Under the pieces are notes generated by a model. That model made no database searches. It was not told the DNA's origin and saw nothing but the letters and a program-made list of their open reading frames with translations. The position numbers and the translations under genes were made by a program. This document shows positions 13,873-25,926 of a stretch of DNA of 64,000 bases, piece by piece. Origin of the DNA: Pelomyxa schiedti (Eukaryota; Protista; Evosea); the NCBI GenBank assembly GCA_020536535.1, contig JAHLWZ010000823.1, positions 44,331-108,330 of the forward strand. Direction: 5' to 3'. Numbering within the stretch: the stretch's first letter is position 1; every line of letters starts with the position of its first letter.

Positions 13873-16040
13873 ATGGTTTCCCAAAACAAATTTGACATGA
13901 ACATACCACAGGTGGCGCAGTTCGTAGTGAGAGTGTGTCGCGATGCAATTGCGCGCACACAAGAAACAGGGTCTTCTGAACAATTATGGGGGAAGGTTGC
14001 CGAATCCGCATTAGCTTTGAAGTACTTTTCGTCGTCTGAAACTGTTGTTCAAGTACGGGTTTTTTCCCTTTGTATTTGCATTTGTTCAGCGTTGCTTTAG
14101 AGTGCATTTGTGGAGGCTGGAGCAATTGACATGGTTGCTGAAATGATTACTAAAACTATCGCTCGTCGTCCCAGTGGTACGTTATTTTCTTGAATGGGAA
14201 AAAAAAGGCTTCACTGACACGTGCAAGACTCTAGTTATTGTCCTATATTGGAAGGCGCACTGCATTGCATATGGAGTTTGTGCATTGGTAAAGATGAATT
14301 ATTCGTGCACATACTTTAAATTACTGATTGAGCGGGGGGGGAGGGGGGGACGGATTTACTAATGAACATTCAGGGAATGCGGGAAATAAACTGAAAGTTT
14401 CGTCTGCATTACCTGTTGTTTTGCAGATCCTACGGCAAGACCTCCCCAATCAAGTCCTGGAGGTAGCTGTTATGGTCATTTGGAGTGCATGCTATGGCGT
14501 TCCCTGTAATCAACAGTGCGTGCTGAACAGTGGAGGAATAGAAATCATGGGTATGAGCACCAGGAAATCCCTTTTTAAGTGTATCCATAGAAAATTTGAT
14601 GTGCAATAAGACACAACCGAATTCAAGTATGGAGCATGCTATTACTGGAGCCATTTGGCATCTTTCGACTCTTGTGGAAGCAAGTGTGCACATTAAACTA
14701 CTTTTTTCAAATAAGAATTGATAGGACTGCCCATTGCAAAAAGTAAAATCATGGCGCGTCTTCCAGTTATAGCCTGCAATGCCTTTAATGAGGAAGAACA
14801 CAACAATAGTACTGAGAGTGCGGTTTGTCCCGTTCATAAAATAATATGCAAGCTCATTTTACTCAAGTTAGCTATTTGCTGCCCTAGCAATCGGGTTCAT
14901 AACTATGGATCTTTCCTCTGCCCCTTTAGTTAAAAGTTGTGGTGGTATAGACGCCATCGTCACTTTCATTAGGGGTAGAGATCACACACGATACTCCCTT
15001 CATGGGCTTGTGTGGACCACCTTTGATCCTCTTGTTCAACTCATTTCATCTGAGAACGCCCCAATAAGATTGTTGGGTGTTTTTCTTGTTGCATGCTTGT
15101 CAAGAACCACCGAGCTGACTGCAAAACTGTTCATGAGTGGAATAAACACTAAAATACTTGCTTATTTGCATGCTCCCATGGAATCCCCGGCAAGTGTATG
15201 TGAGGTCAAATTGAACGAGCTCTACACATTCATTCTAGCCAATTGGAACATTTCCTCTGTTTCAGAGTGTTCAAAAGAGGCTAGTGTCACAAAGAATGAA
15301 TCTCTAGAGCGTGTTCTTACTTCAATTGGGTTTCCACCTAGGTTCGCAAGAATATACATTTCCTCCCCTTGATGAAAATTCAGACTCATTGAGCATGTGG
15401 CCAGCAATGGTCACGATCTAGCGGAATTGCCTGACTCCCTGGACTTGACACATTCCCAAAGAATTATTCTTCATAACGCCTGGAAAACAATGTGAAATTC
15501 TGTTCCTTGATACGGTTAACGTTCTTTTGCAGAAACACCAACTTCGCTTGTTCGACTCTGACACCCATATCAATGTGCACTATTTGCATGGATTCTCACT
15601 GTACAGTGTACTTTGATCCATGTGGGCATAGAGCAGCATGCGAAGCATGCACACACATATTATTAGCTAGTAACGAAAGATGCCCTTTATGCAGAGCAAA
15701 AATCTCCGGCTTTGTTGCGCCCTTGCTCCCCCAGTATGTACAATTTGTCTACCAAAACAAAACTTCTCGCTCTCACTTCTACAGTAATTAAATCACACTC
15801 ACCTAAATAACCCGCACAAACCCATTCATGCCTTCCGCTCTTCCAGCACTCAGTGCATAATTCTGATATGATTCTTGTAGGATTGACCCTCCTGCCAAGT
15901 GTATCCTCTGTGCTGATTCTGCAATCTCCTGTATATTCGTTCCGTGTGGACACGGGCTCTGCTGTACCACCTGCAGCCCCAAGCTCCCACAATGCCCATT
16001 GTGCCACGCTCCAGTGGCCCGCACCATCACGCTGCTGTGA
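13873..16040 (+). CDS. ARM-repeat protein with two C-terminal C3HC4 RING fingers (putative E3 ligase)
   Basis: ARM-like exons (GAIDMV, SGGIEIM, CGGIDAIV). RING1 is CTICMD..PCGH..CEAC..CPLC at about 15575-15695. RING2 is CILCAD..PCGH..CTTC..CPLC at about 15900-16005. TGA at 16038-16040. Confidence 0.8.
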
Positions 16041-16259
16041 GAGCAATCTTCAAATTCTTTGTTGCCGGGAGTTCCAAGCCAGATTTCGCCCGGAACTTAG
16101 CAATATTTACGCCGCATTTGAAATTCAAGATGCCAAGAACCCCGGGCCAACTTGTCACCCCTACATAAAAACAAAAGAAAACCACGAGCAAGAAAACCGC
16201 ACCAAGAGCGCGCAGACGCGTGTTGTGAGTGTCGCTTATTCGGGAGTGTGTTGATAAAG

Positions 16260-17850
16260 ATGTCTCGACAAGGAGGGCCGACAGTTGAAGAGCTGTCTGA
16301 TGACGACCTAGAGGGGACAGGCTGCGGCGGCAACATAAACAACAACAGCAGCAGCAACAGACCCGGCGAGGGCAGTCGTTCGGCTGCGGCACCGCCTGCG
16401 ACGCATGGGATTGTGGAGGAGCCAGAGGAGTACTATGGTGGTGGACATGTGCCTCCCTCCTCCTCCTCGTCGTCGCACCATCACCACGGTCACCAGCACC
16501 AGCAGAACAGGCAGCACCCGCAACAGCAACAGCAGCAGCAACAGCAACAGCAGTACCAGCAGCAACGGCGGGAGAGTGGTGGTAGACAGCAGCAGTACCA
16601 ACGGGGAAGCTATGGAACAAACCCGATGGATCCTTTTGGAATGGACGACATGTTTTCTGTATGTTGGCATCTGTGTTTGCTTAGAATGGGTATTTATTTT
16701 TGTTGTAGGGAATGGGAATGTTTGGACGTCCTGCAGCTGCAGACCCTTTTGCGATATTTGATTCCATGTTTGGGCAGTCCGCCTTTGGAGGTTCCCCTTT
16801 CGGAGGTACCCCCTTTGGCTCTTTTGGATTCCCGTCATTCCCCAGTTTAATGGGGCCTGGGAACAACGGCGGGCATGGTGGGGGTTCTTCTTACAGGTTC
16901 CTGTCCCTATTTTCCTACTTGAATTAATCTGTTGCAAGCTATTCCTCAAGTTATATGTCGTCCTCTGGCGGTCCCAATGGAAAGCCTGTGTTTTATGAAG
17001 CCACCAAGACGCAAAGAGTGGGCCCTGGTGGGGTACACTTTTCTCCCTGTTCAGCTTGTATGTTACCATTGATCCCAGATTTCTGAGGAACAAATCACAG
17101 AAAAGGATTCCAGAACTAAGACTAGTCGAATGGAAATTAATAGAAGTATTGGGGATCGATCCCGCTCCATACAACAGGAAAGGATTGGGTCTGGCCCTAT
17201 TCAGACAACAGAGGAACTTGTGGGAGTAAACCAAGGTTACGAATTTCCGTTGAATCGCTAACACTCACTCGGGTTCTCTTTCTAGATGAGGCAAATGCCT
17301 TCGACTTCGAATGGCGGCAACAAGCCAACCAATCATTTTTAGGTACTTCTTGATTTTGCAGTAAAGAATATTCCATTCATTGTGAAAAGGTATAGCAGCA
17401 CCACCACAGGCTAAACCCACATTGGCTATCGAAAATGTACCGCAAGATAGCGCGAGAAATGCACAACCTCACTCTCAGTATCAAACACACCAATCTCAAT
17501 ACCAGACGCAGCCTCAATACCAGGCTACGCATCAAACACAGCAACCTCAATTACACACAGCACAACAACCTTATCACACAGCACAACCACAACCGCAATA
17601 TACGCAACATTCACACCATCCCATGCAGCACCAACCGCAGTTCCCGACAACTCCACAGGCACAATTTCATACCCCTCAGTCACAACAGCATTACAACACC
17701 ACACCGCAACACACAATCCCAGTTCAACCCCAACAACAAAGAAGTAGTGCACCCTCTCGCACACCTTCCCAAACTCAACAACCTAGTAGCAACACATCCA
17801 CTTCCCCTTTTAACTACCTACAGCCCTACCAACAAAACCGGCGAAGTTAA
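16260..17850 (+). CDS. MLF: Myeloid leukemia factor (MLF)-family protein with Gln-rich ends
   Basis: 'DPFAIFDSMFG', 'SYSSSYMSSSGG..KPVFYEAT..RVGPGG', 'MEINRSIGDRSRSI' and 'DEANAFDFEW' match the MLF layout. Confidence 0.75.
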
Positions 17851-17904
17851 TTACATTATTGATTGAGTGACAACAATACAAAAACAAATTTGGGACTCAC
17901 ACTA

Positions 17905-18320
17905 GGGGGTTTTTGGTCCAAAAAACGAAAATCTGGTCCAGGGGAAAAAAAGCCGGTCCGTAAAAAAAAATTTTTTCTGTGAATTTCTGTGGTTTTGTCA
18001 CAGGGTGTGAGGCATGTGGTTGTCAGAGCTTGTTGTAACATGGACAACTCAATATTATTGTCACAACCAGCAACAGTAATGACTTAAAACCAAGGTATTG
18101 AGTCAACGTCACACTGAGGACAAGTCACCTCCAGAGAGACACTGTGCCATCTCAGTACAACTTGTTATGGGTGACTACAACAGCATTGCCATGCACATTT
18201 AATGTCCTCTGTGCCTGCTGCATGTGTGTTTATTTCACAGAAAAAAAGAATTATTTTTCCGGACCGGATTTTTTTTTTTCTGGACCAGGGCACTTTTGGG
18301 CAAAAAAAATTCCTTTCTCC
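17905..18320. mobile_element. MITE-like non-autonomous element with imperfect terminal inverted repeats of about 75 bp
   Basis: Left arm CTGGTCCAG..CCGGTCCG..TTTTTTCTGTGAA (17933-17983) is the reverse complement of right arm TTCACAGAAAAAA..CGGACCGG..CTGGACCAG (18234-18288). The interior is non-coding; no TSD was identified. Confidence 0.6.
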
Positions 18321-18523
18321 CTTCAGGGCACAGAGACTGCTGCAGGACCAAGCACATTTTCTGGTCCACCCTTTGGGCCAGCTAAATCCAAAAGAGCAGA
18401 TTTTTCCATCCACCCCCGACTGAGAACAACACTCTGATTCATCAAAACGAATTTTTTAGTGTGAGTCCCAAAGTTAGTTTCTCAACGCTTTTAAACCCAA
18501 AAGCGTCGTACGTCACAGATAAG

Positions 18524-19875
18524 ATGGCAGCCACGACCAGCGTAACGGATGTAAAGATAGAGTTGTCGGCGCTTCACATTGAGTTTTGCAAAGGGTCGGC
18601 CGCGCACAACTTCATTCTGAGAGTGACAGACCACTCCACAAGATCTTTTTGGCAGTCTCAAATCGATAGTGAAGGTGCCTCAGCCTTGACCAAGGTGGGA
18701 ACCTTGTTTTTTTTTACCCATCTCCTGTGACGCCGCACAAAGGGGTGCATTTTGGATACAAAACACTTTGAGAAATACCTACAAGACAACCTAACACACC
18801 CCTCGACTGCAGCATTAAGGGTTGGTTTCTTTTTTTTTTCCTGTCCAGTCAATTACAATTTCTTACCTTTTCTCTCGTTGCAAAGACATCTGATGGAAGT
18901 CTTAAATTGACTTTTCCACTGTGCTTTCCTTATAGAGAACCAGATAATTTTGTGATAAATATGCCGTGTACTAGGTGGACATTCGAGAATCTCTCAGAGC
19001 TTATGCTGGACATGTCTGAGCAGGTTGAGATATACCACCTGTAAAGAGTAATTCATTATCCCGTTCAGATCAAGATTTTGCACAACGAAAATGAAGTTTT
19101 GAAGAGGTTTTTATTTTCTGAATCCACTTTGAAACATTTCACAAGCCTGGAACCACTCATCAAACGAGTATTCTCAGTTTAACATTGTTCCAGTCAATTT
19201 TTGATGATTCTCAGGGATTTCAGCCACTGCTATTTTTGGATGGGGCTGACATGGGGTTCTCCACTGAATCTTGGACAACCACTGGGTTGCCAACTGGGCC
19301 CTCTCGGAAATACCTGGAATACAACACAAAGGTTGTATCCCAGTTGGCTCTCATTGATCCTGCTTCCCAAAGATACACTGTTCTGGCACTCCCTTCTCCA
19401 ACAACTGCCTTGGCTTTCTTCTCTGTAAGCTTTCTGAACCTTTTTTTGTGGATCTGACATTCTTCAGGATCCAGCAACAGTTTCATTAGAGGTTATAGAT
19501 GGATGCCGCTCTCCATTGCAATTGATTTATGGAACGGATCCGGACATAACAACAACACCAAACTGGAGGAAGAACTCAATGTCAGGCCCTGTGGGGAATT
19601 GTATGTGTGTGCGTTTGGGAGGATGGCTCCACCAGCAATGGGGGGATAACTTCCCACAAGACAGTCAAGGTTTCTATGTTTCTTTTCCCTAATAATATTA
19701 AAAACAACCTCCAGGAAACAAATGCACTGCCGAAGTTGTTGGCATTGGATTGAAAGATATCCTATACCCACCGTTCTGCACCGGACGATCATCGGGCATA
19801 AGGCAGGCTCATGACTACAACACCTTTCACAATGTTGGACAAATGACCCTCCCTCTCTATCTCATGGGCGTGTAA
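18524..19875 (+). CDS. Hypothetical protein (copy 1 of tandem pair); N-terminus resembles an XRCC4/SAS-6/CCDC61-type head followed by a short coiled coil
   Basis: All exons join in frame from ATG 18524 to TAA 19873-19875 if a 26-nt GT-AG intron (19168-19193) is spliced. Confidence 0.6.
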
Positions 19876-19958
19876 TAATGAGAAATGTCTTGTTCACAGA
19901 ACCAATCCAATGAAAGGTCATCAAACGGTACAAAAACCCACAACTGCGCAAGAGATAG

Positions 19959-21035
19959 ATGGCAGCGACCAGTAAAAATAGTTCTGCCAAGGAGCGGATG
20001 AAAACCGCTTCATTGTGAGGGTAACAGATTACTCCACAAGCATTCTGGCAGTCCCAATTTGATGGCAAAAGTGCCTCAGTCTTGACCAAGGTGCCTGTTT
20101 GTTGCTTTTGTCTGGTTAGTCTGACTTTGTGGTACCCACAAAAGGCATCTTGAGTGCCAAAACACTTTGAGAAATACTTTCAAGACACTCTAACACACTG
20201 TAGCATTCAGGGTTGGGTTCTTTTATTTTTTCCCCCCTACTCACAATTTCTTCTGACCTTTTCTTGGACAGAGTCTTAAATTGATTTCCACTGTCCTTGC
20301 CTTATAGAGAACCAGACTCTACTGTCGTTCATGTTCCCTGTACTGAGCAGTGTACAGTCGAGGATCTCTCACAGATTGTACGGGAATTGTCTGAGCAGGT
20401 TGAGATATCCAAGATTCTCCACGATTTATCCAATTGTCCCCTTCAGCTCAGGATTTTGCACAACGAAAACGAAGGTTTGAAGAAACTCTTATCTTCTGAG
20501 TCCACTGTGAAACATTTCACAAGCCTGAACGTCTCATCAAACGAGTACTCTCAGTTTAAAATGGGTGGTCCCATGACTTTTGATGCTTCTCAGGGATTTC
20601 AGCCACTTCTCTTTTTGGATGGGGATGACATGGGGGTCTCCACTGAATCTTGGACAACCACTGGGACCTCTCGTAAATATCTGGACTAAAACACAAAAGT
20701 TGTGTCACAGTTGGCTCTCATTGATCCTGCTTCCCAAAGTACACTGTTTTGGGTCCCTTCTCCCACAACTGCCTTGGCTTTCTTCTCTGTATGAAGTTGG
20801 AACTAGTTTGATCTGATATATCTTCAGGGTCCAGAAACAGTGTCATTGGAGGTTATAGATGGTTCCCTATCTCCATTAGAGCTGATGCAAGTAGACGGGG
20901 GAAATGACAAAACCAAACCGGAGGAAGAACTGTACTGTGAAGGGCGATCATTGGGCATAAGGCAGGCTCATGACTTCAACTTCACCTTCCACAATGTGGG
21001 GCAATGACCCTCCCTAGCTCCTTGGCTTGTAAAAA
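19959..21035 (+). pseudogene. Degenerate tandem paralogue of 18524-19875
   Basis: Collinear similarity with mostly shared intron positions. It has in-frame stops in exon 1, TAA at 20687-20689, and a deletion of roughly 200 bp from the last exons. Confidence 0.75.
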
Positions 21036-21320
21036 AATGATGAATCTTCATCTTCCGTTTCGATCATTTCACTTTTTTCTTTGAAACCCGAGAAAGGCAA
21101 GTCCCCTTACGACGAAAAACAGAAGAAAGGAAAAAAACAACAAACCACACAACCAGTGCACGCATCAGGCAACACCCACACCGACCACTCCCTAACATCA
21201 ACCTGTTCTACACGCTACCACCTTTAAAAAAAACAACACAACAAACACACACACAAAAAAAAAAACCAAAGCCTCTCCGACGAGCGCAGGGACACACACC
21301 CCACCTCAATCAAATCATCG

Positions 21321-24027
21321 ATGGATGACTACGGGGTAACTATAGCCACGACGCCGCCTCCTACGATGGGCCCCCCTCCTGGCTCGCAGCAGCAGCAGCC
21401 GCCCCAATCGCCGCCGACGTCGACGACGGCTGTATTTGGGGTTCCACTGAGGGCTGAGGCCACGGCGCTGCCTGGGGCCCTGGATTCTCTGCTTTTCGTG
21501 TTGAACGCGTGCGTGCCTGCCCAGTCCGATTTGTTCGACCTGTCATTGGCTGGCCCACAGAGTCTGCTTACTCACCCCAAGTTGGTGGCTCTAAGGACAG
21601 CAATAGATTCTGGCCAGGAGGATCCTTTGGGCCAGGTTTTTTTTTTTTTTTTTTCTTTTTTTGTTTTGTTTTTTCCCTCCTTATCCTCACTTAAAACCAA
21701 AATTAGGAAGATGACCCACAAGTTGTGGCAGCAGTACTGCTTTTATACCTTCATCTTCTGCCACATCCAGTCATACCACCTAAATACTATTTCACATTTT
21801 TAAGGCTTTCTGCAATTGCCTCACCTTGGGCACGATTCAAACAGTTGAGAGTTTTGATAAATAAACTCCCTGGCATTGCTAAAACCTTCACTCTGGCTCT
21901 AGTCAAATTCTTTCATGCCTCTGCTTTGGATAGGACGAAACTCTCTTCAATTTTCTCAAAATACTTGCTGCGCCCAAATCTTGAATTAAGTGAGAACTTC
22001 CCTGTACCTCAGCAAGTGTACAGAATCGTGGTTGATATGATTGAACAAGCACCTTACATGTCTCTCACAACAGAGGAACCTCTTATAACAGACCCTGCAG
22101 CACCCCCAGAACCACCAAATGAATTTAAGCTTCTTGGATTTGCTCTTTATGATTTCAATGGGGGAGGTTCGTTATTACATTGTGCTCTTACTTAGGTTCT
22201 TACTGCCTTTTACAGGTGAATCTGGAGTTCTCTCTTTCAAAGCTGGGGAGCGCATGCAACTTATCAATGCTCATCAGGACGATTGGCTTGAAGGGATTAT
22301 ACGTGGCACCTCTGGATTTGCTCCTTCAGGCTACATTGACCTTATTCCAATGTCTCCTCCTGCAAACTTCGGGCGAGGAAAGCCACCGCCGGGACCAAAC
22401 CAACCCCCAACACGACCTATTCAGATTCCTGCTCCCCTGACCCCCACCCCCACCCCAACACCCAGCACCATTACTGCCCCTAGCCCTGCTGTTGTCACCC
22501 CCACTCCCACCACTACACCTGCTCCCACTCCCACCACTACACCTGCTCCCACTCCCATTCTCTGTCCCCCTCCAACTACTGTTCCCCCTTTTGCCCTCCC
22601 AGCGACACAGACTGAGGTACCACCACCGGCAGTCTTGCCTGTGTCCCCACCTCCCATTATCCCTCCAATTGACATTCCAGCTATCCCAGCTCCAATGGCC
22701 CCAGCACCTCCTGCCCCACCCACTTCACAGATTGAGCCACCCGCACAGCCACCTCCACCCGTATCCTATCAGCCCCCTCCACAGCCGCCGTCATTCCAAC
22801 CACCTCCGCAGCCGCCAACGAGTCAACCGCCTCCACCGGTATCATATCAGCCTCCACCACAGCCTCCAAGTAATACACCTCCTCCCAATAATCAAACCAC
22901 TCCCCAGACATCACAAAGCCAGATATCTTATCAAACTACCACCACCACACAGCAGGTTCAGGTCCAAGTCCAAGTCCAAGTCCAGGTTCAACCCCAACAA
23001 TCACAACCATTATCTCAGTCACAAACACTTGATGCCCAGTATGCTCAAGTGGCTCCACCTTCATCAACACCAAGCCAAGCTTGTACTGTATGCATTATCC
23101 CTTTTATTTTCCATCTGGTTAAAGGCTGCTGTAGGATACCACCGAACCTCCTCCCACAAACACACCTCCTGTCATCAATGGAAAAACAACAGGCAAAATT
23201 CCCAACCCGAATGAGTGCGGTGAAAGCAATCACATTGTAGTTGTTGTGGGAAGTGGTGGTGTAGGTAAGTATGTATTTATTCAATGCTACACTCACTTTA
23301 TAAGGAAAATCGGCTCTTACAATTGGATTTGTACAGCACAGCTTTGTTGAAACATATGATCCTGTATGTTTTTTTTTCCCCCTTGCTGAACAGTATCTTA
23401 CACTGAAATAGACAATCGAGGTAATACAGGTGTTGCTAATCACACTTTTATTGATTTGCCCTCAGGACTCTTACCGCAAACAAGTTGTCGTAGACGACGC
23501 CTCCAGTGTCTTGGACATTCTTGACACAGCAGGTACTGTCTAATTTTCTCTACAATTATAAATTCCTTTAACAAACTGTCCAGGGCAAGAAGAATTCAGT
23601 TCCATGAGGTTTCCATCTACCCCCTCCCAAACAATGAATCACACAAACACTAAACTTTGTTGAACCAAACAACAGGGACAAGTACATGCACACAGGACAC
23701 GGATTCGTTCTGGTTTTCTCCCTTACTTCAGCAACATCATTCCGCGAGATTCCAGACCTCTACCACCACATTCTCCAAGTCAAGGACGCCGAGTACGTAC
23801 CAATCGTCATCGTCGGCAACAAGTGCGACCTCTACGACCTCATCGAAGTCAGCATCGCGGACGCCAACAGGTTCGCCCAGTCTGTCAACGCCCCGTTCTT
23901 CAAGGCAAGTGCCAAACTCAACATCAACGTTGATGAGAGCTTCCACCAGCTTGTGCGGGGCATCAGAACACACAGGGCAAAGCAGGGCCACAATAAACCC
24001 CCAAGGAAACTGTGCTGTCTATTGTAG
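21321..24027 (+). CDS. Fusion protein: degenerate RhoGAP - SH3 - Pro-rich linker - Ras-family GTPase with CaaX (CCLL)
   Basis: RhoGAP 'VFGVPL..VAAVLLLYLHLLPHPVIP'; SH3 'ALYDF..LSFKAGE..DDWLEG..GFAPSGYI'; Ras GSGGVGKS, YDPTIEDSY, DTAGQEE, NKCD, SAK. A phase-0 intron at 23088-23134 joins the linker to Ras, and the Ras frame has no ATG of its own. Confidence 0.8.
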
Positions 24028-24137
24028 ACAAATAGTAATAGGGTTTCATTTTTCACATGTTCTTTTGTAACACGGAAGCAAATTTAAAATACTGAAGTGT
24101 GCTTCCTTTGTGGTTCTACACTTAGGGAGTCCGTGAT

Positions 24138-25714
24138 TTATCCCAAGCGAACTCCCAAGCAAGCACTGGTGAAGTGTGAACATTTGTTGAGTAGGACATT
24201 TTGTGCTGCTTGAGCGTTTTCGGGTTTTCCTGCTAGAGGTTAACTATTACATACAGCCTGATGGCGGCAAAGTACCGGCCCAGGAGGTGTAAAAGGAGTG
24301 CAAAAGGGGCGTGCCAAACGCGAAGCCAACTGTCCAAGGTTTTCTGATGTTGAGCATTGTTGTTCCGCGTAGCAGTTCTAGTGATTTGTCGTCAGTCATG
24401 TTGGAGGAGAGCTGTTCGTTGTTAATGAGGAGAGTCTTTCAGGGAATGAGAACAACCATGACACACTGTACAGCAGGAGGTACGGTTCTTGCCAAGCATT
24501 GCAGGGTTGTTTCACTCCATTTTGCAGGTGTAGAATTATTCGAGGCATTAGGCCCAGGTGTGACAAATGTGGGTCTAAATATTATGCCTGGTCTTTTCTA
24601 AGAAAAAAGTGGCAGAAACTCAACAACCTTCAAGTAAAACGTGAGCTTTTTGCAGAGCACCAAAAATACTAGTGAAAATAGTTTCTGTGATGGTAGCACT
24701 CTCTTCTATTGGAATGGAATGTTGAATAATGACTTCTGCATCAATCATTGGTACCAAACCAGACTCCTAAAAAAATATTAATTTTCGGAGTGAGAAGAAA
24801 TGCGACCTGGCACACAGCAGCGTACTGGGCTTGAATGGTTGTATTTAAATCAATGGCGTGTTGTGTAGGTAAACCGTTTCCAGCATAAAAAACGGTTTTC
24901 CTAATGGAATATGAGCCGGAGGTAGACTGTCCTGTACCCACCATTTTGCAAATCGTGCACCTTCACCATAATATCTTGTACATCTAGCTCCCAAATCATC
25001 CAGGCCTTGTGTGCATTCCTCGATGTCAAACCCAGGAATGTTGTGCACACCCCTATCCAGAACAACTCCAATTGCTATATCGCGTGATCGCAGTACATCA
25101 ACTATACGGCGACCATTTTGGGAGCAACGCTGGGCAAACACTTCATCCGTCAGGACAACCCCACAGATGAACTTGTTTAATCCTTGAGAATTGTATATGA
25201 GAAGGTTGCACATAATCTCGATTTGGGTGTGGGAGTTACCATCTGTCGTTGCAATCAAATCACGAGCTTTCCCACGTATCTCGGCAGAGTTGGTGAGCCC
25301 CATTGAAGAGAATTGTTGAGTGAGGCACTGGGTGTCAGGTCCCTCGTCACACAGGAGGAAACCCTTCCCAACCACAGCGAGCTTGAGCATGGTCTGCAGC
25401 ACCTCTCTGTGCGCCTGCTCCCTCTGCTGCATAATCTGCTCGCGCTGGTGCTGCCTTTGCTGCATAAGCGCCAGCTGTTGGTGCAACTGAGCCTGCTGCA
25501 GTTGCTGCTGTAACTGCGTAGCGGCCGTGGGGCTACATGCAGCAGTTTTGGTCGCGGCGGCGCTGCTGGGAGTGGGCGGAGTGGGAGGCGGACTCATGCG
25601 CGCGATCTTGTTTGGCGGTTGTTGCTGTGGCGTCGTCTTTTCTCCAGCACCGAATATGGACGGCATTGTAATCTGTTGTGGTTGCTGTGTATGCGGCTCC
25701 GCTGCTCGCCTCAT
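24138..25714 (-). CDS. Class I fructose-bisphosphate aldolase-like protein, catalytically degenerate, with polyQ N-terminal extension
   Basis: GKGFLLCDE, TQGLDDLGARC..GARFAKW, GLVPMIDAE, LEGIIFRPTFVTPG, RTVPPAV and KPWTVGFAFG align along the whole class I aldolase fold. TAA at 24138-24140. Confidence 0.9.
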
Positions 25715-25926
25715 CTCCTTTCTTTAGTTCGTTTTTCGTACAAAAATGATTTCGTTTGATCTTAGGTCGTTTGCATTTTTTTTCTTTGTTTTGGTTGTGG
25801 CAACAGGGCAGGGCAACCACTTGGATAGACAACTTGGATTTTTGTACAGCAAAAAAAGGCAGTGGAAAGGGGTTGTATGCGTGGTTAATATGGAGGTGAT
25901 GATTATATAAGAATCCCATAAGTTGA

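Noticed and set aside
15785-15860. Apparent in-frame TAA suggesting a non-standard genetic code in the ARM-RING gene
   Set aside because: A single intron at 15735-15880 joins RING1 to RING2 in frame, and TAA, TAG and TGA all terminate well-conserved genes in this window.
22430-22990. Tandem 24-bp and short repeats resembling an array
   Set aside because: They encode Pro/Thr and QV tracts of the fusion-protein linker and have no unique spacers, so this is not CRISPR.
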